Shown here in pieces: positions 31,036 to 46,006 of a stretch of DNA of 64,000 nt (positions are counted from its first letter, which is position 1; each line of letters starts with the position of its first letter). Below the pieces are notes generated by a model. The model searched no databases, was not told where the DNA came from, and saw only the letters and a list, made by a program, of their open reading frames with translations. The translations under genes were made by a program, and so were the position numbers. Source of the stretch: Eledone cirrhosa (Eukaryota). The DNA is taken from contig CAXHJY010000525.1 of NCBI GenBank assembly GCA_964016885.1, positions 91,338 through 155,337 of the forward strand, given 5' to 3'.

Positions 31036-32039
31036 TTTTTTTTTTTTTATGTATATATATATTTATATTTATATATATTTATATTAAACCAGGGATAACT
31101 TATATATATATTTATATATATATACAGTGATGATGATGATGGTATTAATGTTATTAGTGATGATGGTGACAATTGTGGTTGTGGTGGTGGTGGTGGCGGT
31201 GACGGTACTAGTGTTATGATGATGATGGTGATGATAATGATGGTGGTGGTGGTGATAATTGGTGTTATGATGATGATGGTGATGTTGATAATGGTGATGA
31301 TAATGATGATGGTGATAATGTTGATAAAGGTGCTAATGACGATGATGATGATAATGATGATGGTGGTGATGCTTATAATGGTGTTAGTGGTGATGATAAT
31401 GGTGTTGGTGATGAGAATGGTGATGATGATGACGATGATGATGATGATAATGGTGTTAGTGAAGATAAAAGATTTAAGAAAAAAACCAGAAAGAACCTTA
31501 AAAATGGAATCCGTTGTTGTTGGTTTTGTTAATTTTTGTTGGTTTGTTCCAGGAACACAGAGAAAAAAAAAATCAATGAAATACAAAAGAAAATATCTTA
31601 TATAGGGGCCTCAAGTCATGTTGCCAAAGGCAGAAAGCTGACCCCTAAACAAAATGCATGGAATTTTCCTTTTTTCAAACATTAAATCACAATCACATAT
31701 CGGTTGGTATGTGGATACATATATCATAGACATAGACAGAGTGTATATATTATATATTATATATTATATAGTGGTGAGGTTTTCCGAGAAATACTCCACA
31801 ATTTCTTCCTGGTGTTCAAATAATTGCAATAATAATAATAGAATTATTGGTAGAGAGGTAGATGTTTAAAGATCCAAATATGGCATAAAAATATGAAATC
31901 TTCCAAAATATTCTGGTAAAAGAAAGGAGAAGAGAAATCGAGATAGAATTCTCCCAGAAAACGAGTAGAATTTTTTAGGCTCCTTTCCAAATCTGATATA
32001 TGATGAAGTATGTGTGTGTATATGAAAAAAGGAATGTAT

Positions 32040-32083
<44 letters not shown>

Positions 32084-32778
32084 TTGTGTTTTTCAATATG
32101 GTTATATTTTGTATATTATGTATATATGAATTATATTGTGAGCAATATATTCGTTGTGTTAGATATTATAATATATATCGGGTTATTTCACTTTTATATC
32201 CACGACGGTACAAATATTTCTCCAAGCAAACGACGAATAAAAAATCTAGGTTCCTCTTACAATTCGGTTATACGTGCGTGCGTATGTGTGTGTGTGTGTG
32301 TGTGTATATGAATGTATATACATGTGTGTATGTGTGTGTTTCAATATGGTTACATTATATATATATTATTATTATATTATGCAGGAAAAAATAATATATA
32401 TATAGAGAGATTGATATATAGATAGATATCTAATATTTTACCAAAAAGGGTATAAATATTTTTTCCTTTTCCGTATTTTTAAAAATGTAGGGTTTCTTCA
32501 ATCCAGAAACACAGCAATGGTTAAACATATATACATACATATATATACATATATAATCCTTTAGTTTTCTCTCGCTTAATGGTGACAGTGTAAGCCAGAC
32601 TTGTTAAGCATATAAATTCCTTTCTCTCTCCTGCATTGGCAGAAATGGTATTTTTTCCTCTCTTGGTCTTATTCCATGATACATATATATATATGTGTAT
32701 ATATGTATGTGTGTTCCCTTTTTCGTTGATTCTCTGCCGTTTTATTTTTATTTTTTAAATTGATGGAATTTTCAGTCG

Positions 32779-32830
<52 letters not shown>

Positions 32831-33079
32831 TGATATATATGATATATATTTATAAATCCTTTTTTTCCTTTGTTTTGCGTTTTGGTAAGATTCTGTGTTT
32901 CATTAGGGTTTTATCCTGAAATTTTTCGAGAGATATATCAAGGGGTAGGAATCCAATTATATATATATTTATATATATATATTTATATATATATTCTTTA
33001 TTAAATAAATGTTTGCTGAATGTGAGGCAGGGGTAATGTGATTGCTAGTAAAATCACTGTATGTGTGTAGCTGCAAATA

Positions 33080-33132
<53 letters not shown>

Positions 33133-33355
33133 CAATTACTCGGTTGCTAAGGATTGTGGTAGCTTTTGTTGGTGAGTAGGCCTATCAGTGTGTGTGTGTG
33201 TGTGTGCGCATGTGTCTTTGTGCATGTGTGTGTGTATATATATATATTATAGGTGCCTGTGAATACACAGACGACACTCTGAAGTAACCGGATATGCCGA
33301 TTCGACCTTATTACTCTTTATTATTGTATTGAGCACTCATTCTCACGACTGATAA

Positions 33356-33386
<31 letters not shown>

Positions 33387-33475
33387 AATGTGTGTAATAT
33401 AAATATATATATATGCACTATATATATATATATATATAATATATATGTGTGTATATATATATAATATATATGCAC

Positions 33476-33506
<31 letters not shown>

Positions 33507-33521
33507 TGTAAATATATAATA

Positions 33522-33592
<71 letters not shown>

Positions 33593-33651
33593 ATATATTA
33601 AAATAGAAGCCCTAAAGCAGTACACAATCAGGCCACGGGCTCCTGTCGTGG

Positions 33652-33719
<68 letters not shown>

Positions 33720-33855
33720 CCTAGTGTATTGAAGTGGAATATGTCCCACCGATTGATATTGCTGCTGTTGTTGTTGTTGTTGTTACTGCTGCTGTTAGTG
33801 TTGGTGGTGGTGGTGGTGCTGTTGTTGGTGTGGTGGTGGTGGTGTGTTTGTTACA

Positions 33856-33923
33856 GCTAAGGTGGAGGCTAAGACTGTGCCTGTAACAGGGAAACCAACA
33901 CAGTACAGAGAAGAGACATTTTA
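33856..33923 (+). CDS. Candidate terminal coding exon of an unidentified gene: (A)KVEAKTVPVTGKPTQYREETF*
   Basis: Acceptor TTTGTTACAG, non-repetitive open phase-1 frame to TAA, AATAAA cluster at ~34073-34096. No homology recognised. Confidence 0.3.
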
Positions 33924-34308
33924 ACGAAGACTGCTTATGGCACTAACATAGGTGTGTGTATATATTTATATATATACACTGCAGCTCATATTGTCCCGGC
34001 GAGCGCCGGTGTATATTTGGTTTGGTTTTATTGTGTGCATTCATATATATATATATATATATATACATACATAAATAAATAAATAAATAAATAAAAAAAA
34101 ATATATATATATATATATATTTGTGTGTGTATGTATATATTTATATATTTATATGTAAGGGCTAGGGTTTTTTTCCCTCTCCAATTTGCGTATAATGTAT
34201 GTATGTGGGTAGATAGTTATGTATAATTATATATAAATATACAATTATATAATAATATATAATGTCATGTAATTATGTAGGGAGTATATACATGAATTAT
34301 ATATGCAT

Positions 34309-34343
<35 letters not shown>

Positions 34344-34350
34344 AATAAAT

Positions 34351-34387
<37 letters not shown>

Positions 34388-34449
34388 CATATATAAAAAT
34401 ATATAAATAAATATATGTAAATATATATAAATATATAAATAAATATATG

Positions 34450-34515
<66 letters not shown>

Positions 34516-34635
34516 GAATGAATGACCGATTACATGTGTATATATGTGTCTGCGAATGTGTAAAGCAATTTAAGAAATAACGAGGGGGAAAACAGCTAAA
34601 TTATACATACATGTGCATGTGAGAGAATGTGTGTG

Positions 34636-34667
<32 letters not shown>

Positions 34668-34728
34668 TTTTCTTTTCTCTTGCTCTCCGACCGTCAGAGA
34701 ATGCGCGCGTGAACGATGTATGTATATA

Positions 34729-34794
<66 letters not shown>

Positions 34795-35304
34795 ATATAT
34801 ATGTGTGTATTTGTGTGTATTCGTCACCAATAAAATGTGGTCGCTGCTTCGTTAATTATTTCTATTATTATTATTACTATATATATTGTACCGTCCTGTA
34901 TTGTCCTGTACTGTCCTTAATGTCTACTTTATGTGAACCCTTGTGGTTAATAAAGAAAACATTATTATTATTACTATTATTTATGCAAGATGAAGGAAAC
35001 ATTGAGAGCTGTTGGTTAACGTGCAATAGAAATCCGCCTGGAGAAAAGAAACATTTGCATGAAATTCATTTAAACGTACATTATAATACATATAATATAT
35101 ATATCTATATACACCTATAGGTATAGATATATACATTTATATACATACATATATATATATATATTTATATATATTTTTATATATTTACATATACACCTGT
35201 ACAGCTATTCATATATGGTATATTTATAGTATGTATATATATATATATATATATATATAAACCGTTCTAATATATATATATTAGAACGGTTTTTTTAAAA
35301 CATG

Positions 35305-35369
<65 letters not shown>

Positions 35370-35517
35370 GTATATATATAATATATATATATATATTGTT
35401 TATATATATATATTGTATATATATATATATATTGTTTATATATATATATATTGTTTATATATATATATATTGTTTATATATATATTGTTTATATATATTA
35501 TATATTATATATGTTTA

Positions 35518-35575
<58 letters not shown>

Positions 35576-35690
35576 GTGTATATATATATATGTATGTATA
35601 TACTACAATGAAAATAGGAAAAAAATAGAATCCACATACATGTGTGTGCGTGTGTGTATATATATATATATACATATACATACATATATA

Positions 35691-35742
<52 letters not shown>

Positions 35743-36009
35743 TCACATATATACATATATATAAATATGTACGTGTGTTTGTGTATGGCGTTCATTATAT
35801 GATCACTAGCATCATCATCATCGATGTATCCATCCCTGAACTCATCGCCGTTATCCTCATCGCTGGTGCTGTCGTCGCAACGTCACTTTCATCGACATTA
35901 TCGTTGCCTTCATTGCTCTCATCGTTTTTGCAGCAGCAGCAGCAGTAGTAGTAGTAGCAGTAGCAGTCATTGCAAATGACGTTTTTTCTCGGTGTCTTTA
36001 ACAATCTAT

Positions 36010-36796
36010 ACGTATGTATGGATGGATGTGTGTGTGGATGTGTGTGTGAGCTGTGTGTGTGTTTATGTGTGTGTGTGTGTGTGTGTGTGTGTTTGTGCGT
36101 GTATGTAGGTGTGTATGTGCGTGTTTGAATGTGTGTATGTTTGTATGTTTGTAGGTGTGTGTACGTACGTATGTATGTGTGTATGTGTATGTTTGAATGT
36201 GTGTGTGTGTGTGTATGTGTGTATGTGTGTGTACGTATGTATGTATGTATGTTTGTATGTGTGTGTACGTATGTATGTGTGTGTACGTATGTATGTATGT
36301 GTGTGTGTACGTATGTATGTTTGTGTGTGTGTGTGTACGTATGTATGTTTGTGTGTGTATGTGTGTGTACGTATGTATGTGTGTGTGTATGTGTGTGTAC
36401 GTATGTATGTGTGTGTGTATGTGTGTGTACGTATGTATGTATGTGTGTGTGTACGTATGTATGTGTGTGTGTATGTATGTGTGTACGTGTATGTGTGTGT
36501 GTACGTATGTATGTATGTATGTGTGTGTGTGTACGCGCGCGCGTGTGTGTGTATGTATGTACGTGTGTGTATAAATACACACGTGTAAATATATGTATGT
36601 ATGAACGTGTGTATGTATGTATGTATGTATGTGTGTCCGTTTGGATGTATGTATGTATAAATATATGTACTATTAATATATATGTACGTATGTATGTATG
36701 AACGTATATCCGTATGTATATATATATATATATATGTATGTATAAATATATGTTCTATTAATATATATGTACGTATGTATGTATGAACGTATATCC

Positions 36797-36800
<4 letters not shown>
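36010..36800. repeat. (TG)n/(TATG)n/TACG compound microsatellite
   Basis: Direct inspection. Confidence 0.85.
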
Positions 36801-36859
<59 letters not shown>

Positions 36860-37081
36860 TATATGTATGAAATGAGAACGAGAATTTACAAAGGGAGAGA
36901 GAAAGCAAAAGGGACAAAGGCTGACTGTCAGTCTGGCTGGCTGGCCTGTTGGGAGGGTCGGGTGGCGGGTAGCGGATTCGTTGGCTGATTTTGCTTCGGG
37001 TAGGTATGAAAAATTCTGGATTGCCAAGCACCTTCCACCGTCTATGTATATTTGTAACCGTGTATTTAATATAAGATAAGT

Positions 37082-39030
37082 GTGTCTACTTTAGGCACAA
37101 GGCCAGCAATTATCTCAGTGTATTACTGGTACTTTATTTTATCGACACTGTAATAATTGTTTCTACTTTTGGCATTGGCACAAGGCCAGCAAATACTCCA
37201 GTGTATTACTGGTACTTTATTTTATCGACCCTGTAATAATTGTTTCTACTTTTGGCACAAGGCCAGCAAATACCCAGTACATTACTGGTACTTTATTTTA
37301 TCGACCCTGTAATAATTGTTTCTACTTTTGGCACAAGGCCAGCAAATACTCAGTACATTACTGGTACTTTATTTTATCGACCCTGTAATAATTGTTTCTA
37401 CTTTAGGCACAAGGCCAGCAAATACCCAGTACATTACTGGTACTTTATTTTATCGACCCTGTAATAATTGTTTCTACTTTTGGCACAAGGCCAGCAAATA
37501 CCCAGTACATTACTGGTACTTTATTTTATCGACCCTGTAATAATTGTTTCTACTTTTGGCACAAGGCCAGCAAATACGCCAGTGTATTACTGGTACTTTA
37601 TTTTATCGACCCTGTAATAATTGTTTCTACTTTTGGCACAAGGCCAGCAAATACCCTAGTGTATTACTGGTACTTTATTTTATCGACACTGTAATAATTG
37701 TTTCTACTTTTGGCACAAGGCCAGCAAATACCCTAGTGTATTACTGGTACTTTATTTTATCGACCCTGTAATAATTGTTTCTACTTTAGGCACAAGGCCA
37801 GCAAATACCCAGTACATTACTGGTACTTTATTTTATCGACCCTGTAATAATTGTTTCTACTTTTGGCACAAGGCCAGCAAATACCCTAGTGTATTACTGG
37901 TACTTTATTTTATCGACACTGTAATAATTGTTTCTACTTTTGGCACAAGGCCAGCAAATACCCTAGTGTATTACTGGTACTTTATTTTATCGACCCTGTA
38001 ATAATTGTTTCTACTTTAGGCACAAGGCCAGCAAATACCCAGTACATTACTGGTACTTTATTTTATCGACCCTGTAATAATTGTTTCTACTTTTGGCACA
38101 AGGCCAGCAAATACCCTAGTGTATTACTGGTACTTTATTTTATCGACACTGTAATAATTGTTTCTACTTTTGGCACAAGGCCAGCAAATACCCTAGTGTA
38201 TTACTGGTACTTTATTTTATCGACACTGTAATAATTGTTTCTACTTTTGGCACAAGGCCAGCAAATACCCTAGTGTATTACTGGTACTTTATTTTATCGA
38301 CCCTGTAATAATTGTTTCTACTTTAGGCACAAGGCCAGCAAATACCCAGTACATTACTGGTACTTTATTTTATCGACCCTGTAATAATTGTTTCTACTTT
38401 TGGCACAAGGCCAGCAAATACCCAGTACATTACTGGTACTTTATTTTATCGACACTGTAATAATTGTTTCTACTTTTGGCACAAGGCCAGCAAATACCCT
38501 AGTGTATTACTGGTACTTTATTTTATCGACCCTGTAATAATTGTTTCTACTTTTGGCACAAGGCCAGCAAATACCCAGTGTATTACTGGTACTTTATTTT
38601 ATCGACCCTGTAATAATTGTTTCTACTTTTGGCACAAGGCCAGCAAATACCCTAGTGTATTACTGGTACTTTATTTTATCGACACTGTAATAATTGTTTC
38701 TACTTTTGGCACAAGGCCAGCAAATACCCTAGTGTATTACTGGTACTTTATTTTATCGACCCTGTAATAATTGTTTCTACTTTAGGCACAAGGCCAGCAA
38801 ATACGCCAGTGTATTACTGGTACTTTATTTTATCGACCCTGTAATAATTGTTTCTACTTTTGGCACAAGGCCAGCAAATACCCCAGTGTATTACTGGTAC
38901 TTTATTTTATCGACCCTGTAATAATTGTTTCTACTTTTGGCACAAGGCCAGCAATTATTCCAGTGTATTATTGGTACTTTATTTTATCGACCCCGTCAGG
39001 ATGAAAGGCAAAGTTAACCTCGGGGGATTT
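37082..39030 (-). repeat. SINE-derived satellite, 76-77-bp unit, ~25 copies
   Basis: Unit is the 3' half of SINE family 1 (TTGTTTCTACTTTTGGCACAAGGCCAGCAAATACCCAGTACATTACTGGTACTTTATTTTATCGACCCTGTAATAA); the last unit runs into the SINE body at 38993-39030. Confidence 0.9.
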
Positions 39031-39176
39031 AATATAAGATAATATAATTGTTTCTACTTTAGGCACAAGGCCAGCAAATACCCCAGTACATTACTGGTAA
39101 ATACATATATATATATATATGCTATATATATATATATATATATCTGCTATATATATATGTGTGTGTGTCTGTGTGT

Positions 39177-39317
39177 TTATCCCGAGTTCAATCAGGGGTA
39201 ACCACAGTAAGTAAGGTACTCAATACATAGCAGAGTATATATATTTAATATAGAAGTAGCTGCTACAGGACTAGAACTGTTTCGTTTGGAGGAAATCATC
39301 AGGAAAGCCCCTGTTAC
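39177..39317 (-). mobile_element. Family B element without inverted arm, HHR core present
   Basis: Minus strand GGCTTTC-CTGATGA-TTTCCTCCAAAC-GAAA-CAGTTCTAGTCCTG-TA-GCAGC; stem I imperfect. Confidence 0.65.
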
Positions 39318-39351
39318 ATATACATACATACATACATACATATATATATAC

Positions 39352-39384
<33 letters not shown>

Positions 39385-39647
39385 ACGAAGGAGTTGTGGT
39401 AAGGAACCAGATGGACCATAACGCACCAGAGGGACCATAACGCACCAGAGTACTCAATACTTAGGGTAGGAGAGTGGGTAATAGGAAAAAGTATGACCCC
39501 GACGGCAGAGCTCAAGCCGTTTCAAGACTAAAAAAACTCACTTTAGTCCAGAAATAGCCGTCGAAACGGCTTGAGCTCTGCCGTCGGGTTCGTACTTTCT
39601 CCTGTATATATATATATATATATAGATGAATGTATTTATATATATAA

Positions 39648-39681
<34 letters not shown>

Positions 39682-39700
39682 GTGTGTGCTACGATGGTGT

Positions 39701-39752
<52 letters not shown>

Positions 39753-40032
39753 CTATTCAGCCCGAAAAACAAGGAAACATCACATCACTCGTAAGGAGAA
39801 AGGATTTATCCCCCACCCCTTCACCTCCCCCCACCCTCTCTCTCTCTCTCTCTGTCTCCACTATCTCTATCTATTTATCTATCTATCTATCTTTATCTAT
39901 TTGAATAATTGTCTGACTGCTGACTGACTCAAATATATCGTACTTCCCCCTGTCTCTGACTTCTCGCACGCATTCTCTCTTTGTATATTGGGACTGTACC
40001 ATATATATATATGTATATATATGGTGGGAGGG

Positions 40033-40088
<56 letters not shown>

Positions 40089-40114
40089 TATATATATATA
40101 CGTGAGGTATATGA

Positions 40115-40222
40115 TTTTTAATGCAATGAAATATCTATGATCGTCGGCAAATCACTGATGAGGGACTTATTTTATTACATGTTATCCATGTGCAACCAGC
40201 AGTATTCTTCTCCCCATTTTTT

Positions 40223-40225
<3 letters not shown>
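40115..40225 (+). mobile_element. Short dispersed repeat (family G) with HHR core motifs in permuted order
   Basis: Near-identical to 56093-56204; GAAA-TATC-TA-TGAT-(9 nt)-ATCA-CTGATGA. Confidence 0.55.
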
Positions 40226-40259
<34 letters not shown>

Positions 40260-40263
<4 letters not shown>

Positions 40264-40795
40264 TGGCTGCCAACTCGTTTTCGAGTACGGCCACTACTTT
40301 ATATCCATGTAGGAGAACCCCTACCGATGCGCTGAACGAGTGTGACTTTTTAGTCCAGCCAGCGACTTGAAAACTCTGGTACAAACACTGCACTTGTGAC
40401 AATTACTGACACATAGTGCTGGGCCCATGGTACCATGTGACGACAAGTGCAGAGAGATCTCCAGATATAAAGCAATGCCTGTGCCGTGAAGCTTTTATAG
40501 TGAGCAAAGGCACTGCACAAAGCCAGTCCCACTCTCTTAACCAAGATGATATTTACCAAAAAGAAGAACAAGTCAACATCATTGGATACTATCAGGGTTG
40601 AAGGTGTTATATCAGAGTTTTCCTTCTCCTAGAATTCTGCCTTGACAAAGGCTAAGGGGTCATTTCTCCCGGTGATTTTGGATGGCCATTGACTCTTAAG
40701 AGCGCCTTTGCCCTACGCACCTTGCCTTTGTGGTTTCAGTCAATGGACTTGCAGCTATGCAGGGGCACATACATATCGCCTTCAGGTGTTGTAAG
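40260..40795 (-). mobile_element. Bipartite RTE derivative with a different 5' segment
   Basis: 40260-40712 matches the other copies; 40713-40795 differs. Confidence 0.7.
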
Positions 40796-40853
40796 TATAT
40801 AAATGTATGTATGTATATGTATGTATATATATATATAATAAATATATAATAAA

Positions 40854-40896
<43 letters not shown>

Positions 40897-41174
40897 TTAA
40901 AAATATCGAATAAGGAAAAGCGAAGTAGTTTCAGATGTTCAAGTCTTTTAATAATAATTGTTTCTACTTTAGGCACAAGGCCAGCAAATACCCAGTGCAT
41001 TACTGGTACTTTATTTTATCGACCCCGTAAGGATGAAAGGCAAAGTCAACCTCGGCGGGATTTGAACTCAGATCGTAAAGGGACGTAACTATGCTGGAAA
41101 GCATGGCGTCCGACCCTAAATAATGGGAAAGTGTTCTTAATAGAAAGATAATTGTAGCTATGATAAGATTATGT

Positions 41175-41560
41175 CAATGTTTTCTCTGATCGAGACGAAG
41201 TAAGAGTGTATTGGAATACATATAATAGTGAGAAAACTCATCGGTAGAACAGCCATTAAAACAGCCAAATGCTGTCAAAGACAGCGATGGACAAAAATGC
41301 CACAGAGGACAAAGACCAGTAGCCAGTGGTCAACAGAGAGACAATCCGCAAGGTGGGTGACAGGTAGATGATATATAGAAAAGATTGAAAGGGGAGGAGG
41401 ACAAGAAGAAATGCACTGCTCTCTGTCCTCTAAGGCATTTTTGCCCATCGCTGTTTTTGACAGCATTTAGCTGTTTTAACGGGTGTTGTAGCGACGTACT
41501 TCTCCATTTTTATATGTGTTCAAATACACTCTTGCTTCGTCTTGAGCAGAGATAACCTTG
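41175..41560. repeat. Diverged inverted repeat (~140-bp arms)
   Basis: 41175-41314 versus 41422-41560, e.g. AAATGCTGTCAAA / TTTGACAGCATTT. Confidence 0.7.
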
Positions 41561-41821
41561 TTTTTTCATGCTTGGTGGTTAGAGCATTGGGCTTGCAATC
41601 GAAAGGTCGTGAGTTCAATTCTCGGACCGAGTGATGTGTTGTTTCCTTGAGCAAGACACTTTATTTCACGTTGCTCCAGTTTACTCAGCTGTAGAAATGA
41701 GATGATAGGACTGGGGACCCTATCATTAAATCACCCAAGACACCTCCATCGAGTGATAGCTTGGAGGAGGCCAGCTAAACCTGCATAGGTGTGAGCTGTA
41801 ACATAACATATGTGTGTGTGT

Positions 41822-41882
<61 letters not shown>

Positions 41883-41969
41883 GTACACACGTACACAAAC
41901 ATATTTTCCCCTAATCACGTAAAGGATTATTCAATCTGTATATATATATATATATATATATCTGTATAC

Positions 41970-42099
<130 letters not shown>

Positions 42100-42171
42100 G
42101 TACACACGTACACAAACATATTTTCCCCTAATCACGTAAAGGATTATTCAATCTGTATATATATATATATA

Positions 42172-42214
<43 letters not shown>

Positions 42215-42418
42215 CTAAGGCGGGTAAAATTCCCGAGTTCCATGGACGAGTTCTCTCCAGCGGTCTCTGTCCCTCATTATCGCTGCCATGTCCTGCGTCT
42301 CCAACAGACCAGTGTCTGACCTTAGGGCATCAACATACGTTAACCTTGGTCTTCCTCTTCTAGTGTGTCCATGTAGGGGATCCCACTGGAGCACTGAGTG
42401 CAATGTCAACTCTGGATG
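42215..42418 (-). mobile_element. RTE-X-like LINE 3' end
   Basis: [38 protein letters not shown]...[11 protein letters not shown]. Confidence 0.75.
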
Positions 42419-43184
42419 TATATATATATTAGGAGAAAATATATTTATATGCAAACACAAATGAATAAGCTAAGGGAGATAACTCAACAGCACCAGTGAC
42501 ATGACCTGAAATGTGGATACGTTAGATGGGGCCATGTACTGACGTACAATGTGTGGAAAAAATATATCTGGTTTAATTGAAATTTTCCCTGGTATGTTGG
42601 AAGGTAAAGTGAATGTAAAACACATATGTTGGGTGGTATGTTGCCGGAGGTGGGGTGGTGGTGGGGTGGTGGTGGGGTGGTGATAGGGGGGGGGGGGAGA
42701 AGAGAAATTGCTAGAGGCGCTGCGTACATATAGGTAGCTATGTAGAGATGTATATATAAATAATATATATGCATTATATAAAAATAGTATATATATATAT
42801 ATATGTATATATATACATTATATATATATAAGGATTATATATATAAAAATAGTATATATATATATATATATGTATATATATACATTATATATATAAGGAT
42901 TATATATATAAAAATAGTATATATATATATGTATATATATACATTATATATATATAAGGATTATATATATAAAAATAGTATATATATATATATATATGTA
43001 TATATATACATTATATATATATAAGGATTATATATATAAAAATAGTATATATATATATATGTGTATATATATACATTATATATATAAGGATTATATATAT
43101 AAAAATAGTATATATATATATATGTGTATATATATACATTATATATATAAGGTTTATATATATAAAAATAGTGTATATATATAT

Positions 43185-43245
<61 letters not shown>

Positions 43246-43317
43246 TGTGTATACACATACATAATATATGAGAGTAAGAGAGGTATGGTGAAAGTCGAAG
43301 GCCTCACATGCAATGTT

Positions 43318-43383
<66 letters not shown>

Positions 43384-43510
43384 GTGGAGGGGTGGGGAGT
43401 ATAAAAAGATCCATGACTTCATTGTCTCTTCATATTACCCACTCTACTACCATAAGTATTGAGTACCCTTGTGAGTTAGGGTCTAACTGGTTTTTACCGT
43501 CTCCATTCTA

Positions 43511-43549
<39 letters not shown>

Positions 43550-43559
43550 TAAATATATG

Positions 43560-43600
<41 letters not shown>

Positions 43601-43605
43601 GTATG

Positions 43606-43682
<77 letters not shown>

Positions 43683-43839
43683 GTATATATATGTATATAT
43701 ATATATATATGTATATATATGTATATATATATATATATGTATATATATGTATATATATATATATGTATATATATGTATATATATGTATATATATGTATAT
43801 ATATGTATATATATGTATATATATATATGTATATATATG

Positions 43840-43890
<51 letters not shown>

Positions 43891-43935
43891 GTATATATAT
43901 GTATATACATATATATATATATGTATATATATATA

Positions 43936-44532
43936 TTGGTGCTACTGGTAACATGTATCCCAGTACAACCTGTCTCATGGTCGGGTCGTTGGTAACTAAA
44001 CTGGCAACCCCACCAAGGTTTCTTGGTGAGGAGGGTGACTTTGGACATCCTGCAGGACTAAAAACAAAACCTGTCAAAGGGCAAAGGAGCTCTTAAGAGT
44101 CAATGGCCATCCAAAATCACCGGGAGAGATGACCCCTTAGCCTTTGTCAAGGCAGAATTCTAGGAGAAGGAAAACTCTGATATAACACCTGCAACCCTGA
44201 CGGTATCCAATGATGTTGACTTGTTCTTCTTTTTGGTAAATATCATCTTGGTTAAGAGAGTGGGACTGGCTTTGTGCAGTGCCTTTGCTCACTATAAAAG
44301 CTTCACGGCACAGGCATTTTTTTATATCTGGAGATCTCTCTGCACTTGTCGTCACATGGTACCATGGGCCCAGCACTATGTGTCAATAATTGTCACAAGT
44401 GTAGTGTTTGTACCAGAGTTTTCAAGTCGCTGGCTGGACTAAAAAGTCACACTCGTTCAGCGTATCGGTAGGAGTTCTCCTACATGGATATAAAGTAGTG
44501 GCCGTACTCGAAAACGAGTTGGCAGCCACCAT
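43936..44532 (+). mobile_element. Bipartite RTE derivative
   Basis: Colinear with 20052-20647; (TA)n-like sequence on both sides. Confidence 0.75.
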
Positions 44533-44534
44533 GT

Positions 44535-44574
<40 letters not shown>

Positions 44575-44581
44575 GTATATA

Positions 44582-44656
<75 letters not shown>

Positions 44657-45002
44657 GTATATATATATATAAATATATATATATAATATATATATATATA
44701 TACACACACACAAACTAAATATTACAGCTATCATCATAGAGGCAGTAATTATGAGCCACGTGACCCGTCCATTAATTATGTGGGTAATAACGACTAAATT
44801 CTTTAGTCACACTCTTCTGAACTTCTGAACTTCTTCATTCATCTTCACCGCCTCTCCCTCTATCTCTCTCCCTTCTTTGTCTCTCGCCCCCCCCCCCCCT
44901 CATCCCCTCTCCCTCTTTCTCTCTCCTCCCCCCCCCTCCCCTCTCTTTCTCTCTCTCCATATATATATATATACATATATTTTAGGTAATTATCCATAAC
45001 AT

Positions 45003-45070
45003 CTCTGTCTGATGACCGAACCAGAGGTGTATTACTATTGTCTGGTATCCAGAAACCTTTGGTAATGGAG
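45003..45070 (+). ncRNA. Type I hammerhead ribozyme (family E)
   Basis: CTCTGT-CTGATGA-..ACCAGA/TCTGGT..-GAAA-CCTTTGG-TA-ATGGAG; stem I has 2 G-U pairs and the stem II base is imperfect. Confidence 0.65.
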
Positions 45071-45092
45071 TAGTTATATTTTGTTCACTTTC

Positions 45093-45129
<37 letters not shown>

Positions 45130-45655
45130 CGAAGGAAATGTGGTAGGGAACCAGGTGGACCATAACGCACCAAAGTACTCAATACTTACGGGAGTAGAGT
45201 GGTAGCAAGATTTAAGCTGAGCACAACACCAACAACACTACCAAAATAATGGTAGAGGTCAAATGTACTGAACAATAGCAGGCAAAAACACTACGGGGAG
45301 CCTCACCCCAGAAAGAATTCTATAGACTTCTGACTGAGGAATGCTCTCAGAACTGACCAATGGGAAGTTTGACACTTTTTTTGTTATTTTGTTCCTTTAA
45401 CACCTTGTCCCTTCTACCATTTTATCAATTTTTAAGCTAAATCCAACTATAACAACACTTACAGTGGGGAATGTTCTAATAACTGACCAATGAGAGGAGA
45501 AGAGGACCTTTGACACTGAAATTCGTTTGTTTGAATTCATATGACTCCAGTTCCTCAGTGAAATAACAACCCAACAAGGAACTGGGCATATCAGAGTATT
45601 GACAATATTATACACCTCAACAACATATGTACTTGTCTATACCACACTAATTCAA

Positions 45656-45710
45656 ACTGCCTGAAGAGGTCACAGCCAAAGATGGCTGTCACTGAAATAT
45701 ATATAGCAGT
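45656..45710 (+). ncRNA. Minimal type I hammerhead ribozyme
   Basis: ACTGC-CTGAAGA-GGT-C-ACAGCCA-AAGA-TGGCTGT-C-ACT-GAAA-TATATA-TA-GCAGT, immediately followed by AATAAA. Confidence 0.85.
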
Positions 45711-45864
45711 AATAAACGAAGCTAAATTTTAATTATTTGACTTTTATTTAACTTTATTTTACACTACTCCGGAGTAACCAAACCAACCTGCGCACTTCGT
45801 GGAGTGCTGAAGCCTGCATACTGAGGTGTAGGTATACAACCAACATAAACTCAAAATCTATATG

Positions 45865-45896
<32 letters not shown>

Positions 45897-45900
45897 TGTT

Positions 45901-45954
<54 letters not shown>

Positions 45955-45972
45955 TATATACATACATATACT

Positions 45973-46006
<34 letters not shown>

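Noticed and set aside
32580-32599. IRE-like CAGTGT loop
   Set aside because: The loop-closing pairs are mismatched and there is no C bulge.
37082-38992. CRISPR-like regular array
   Set aside because: No unique spacers; the unit is a SINE fragment in eukaryotic DNA.
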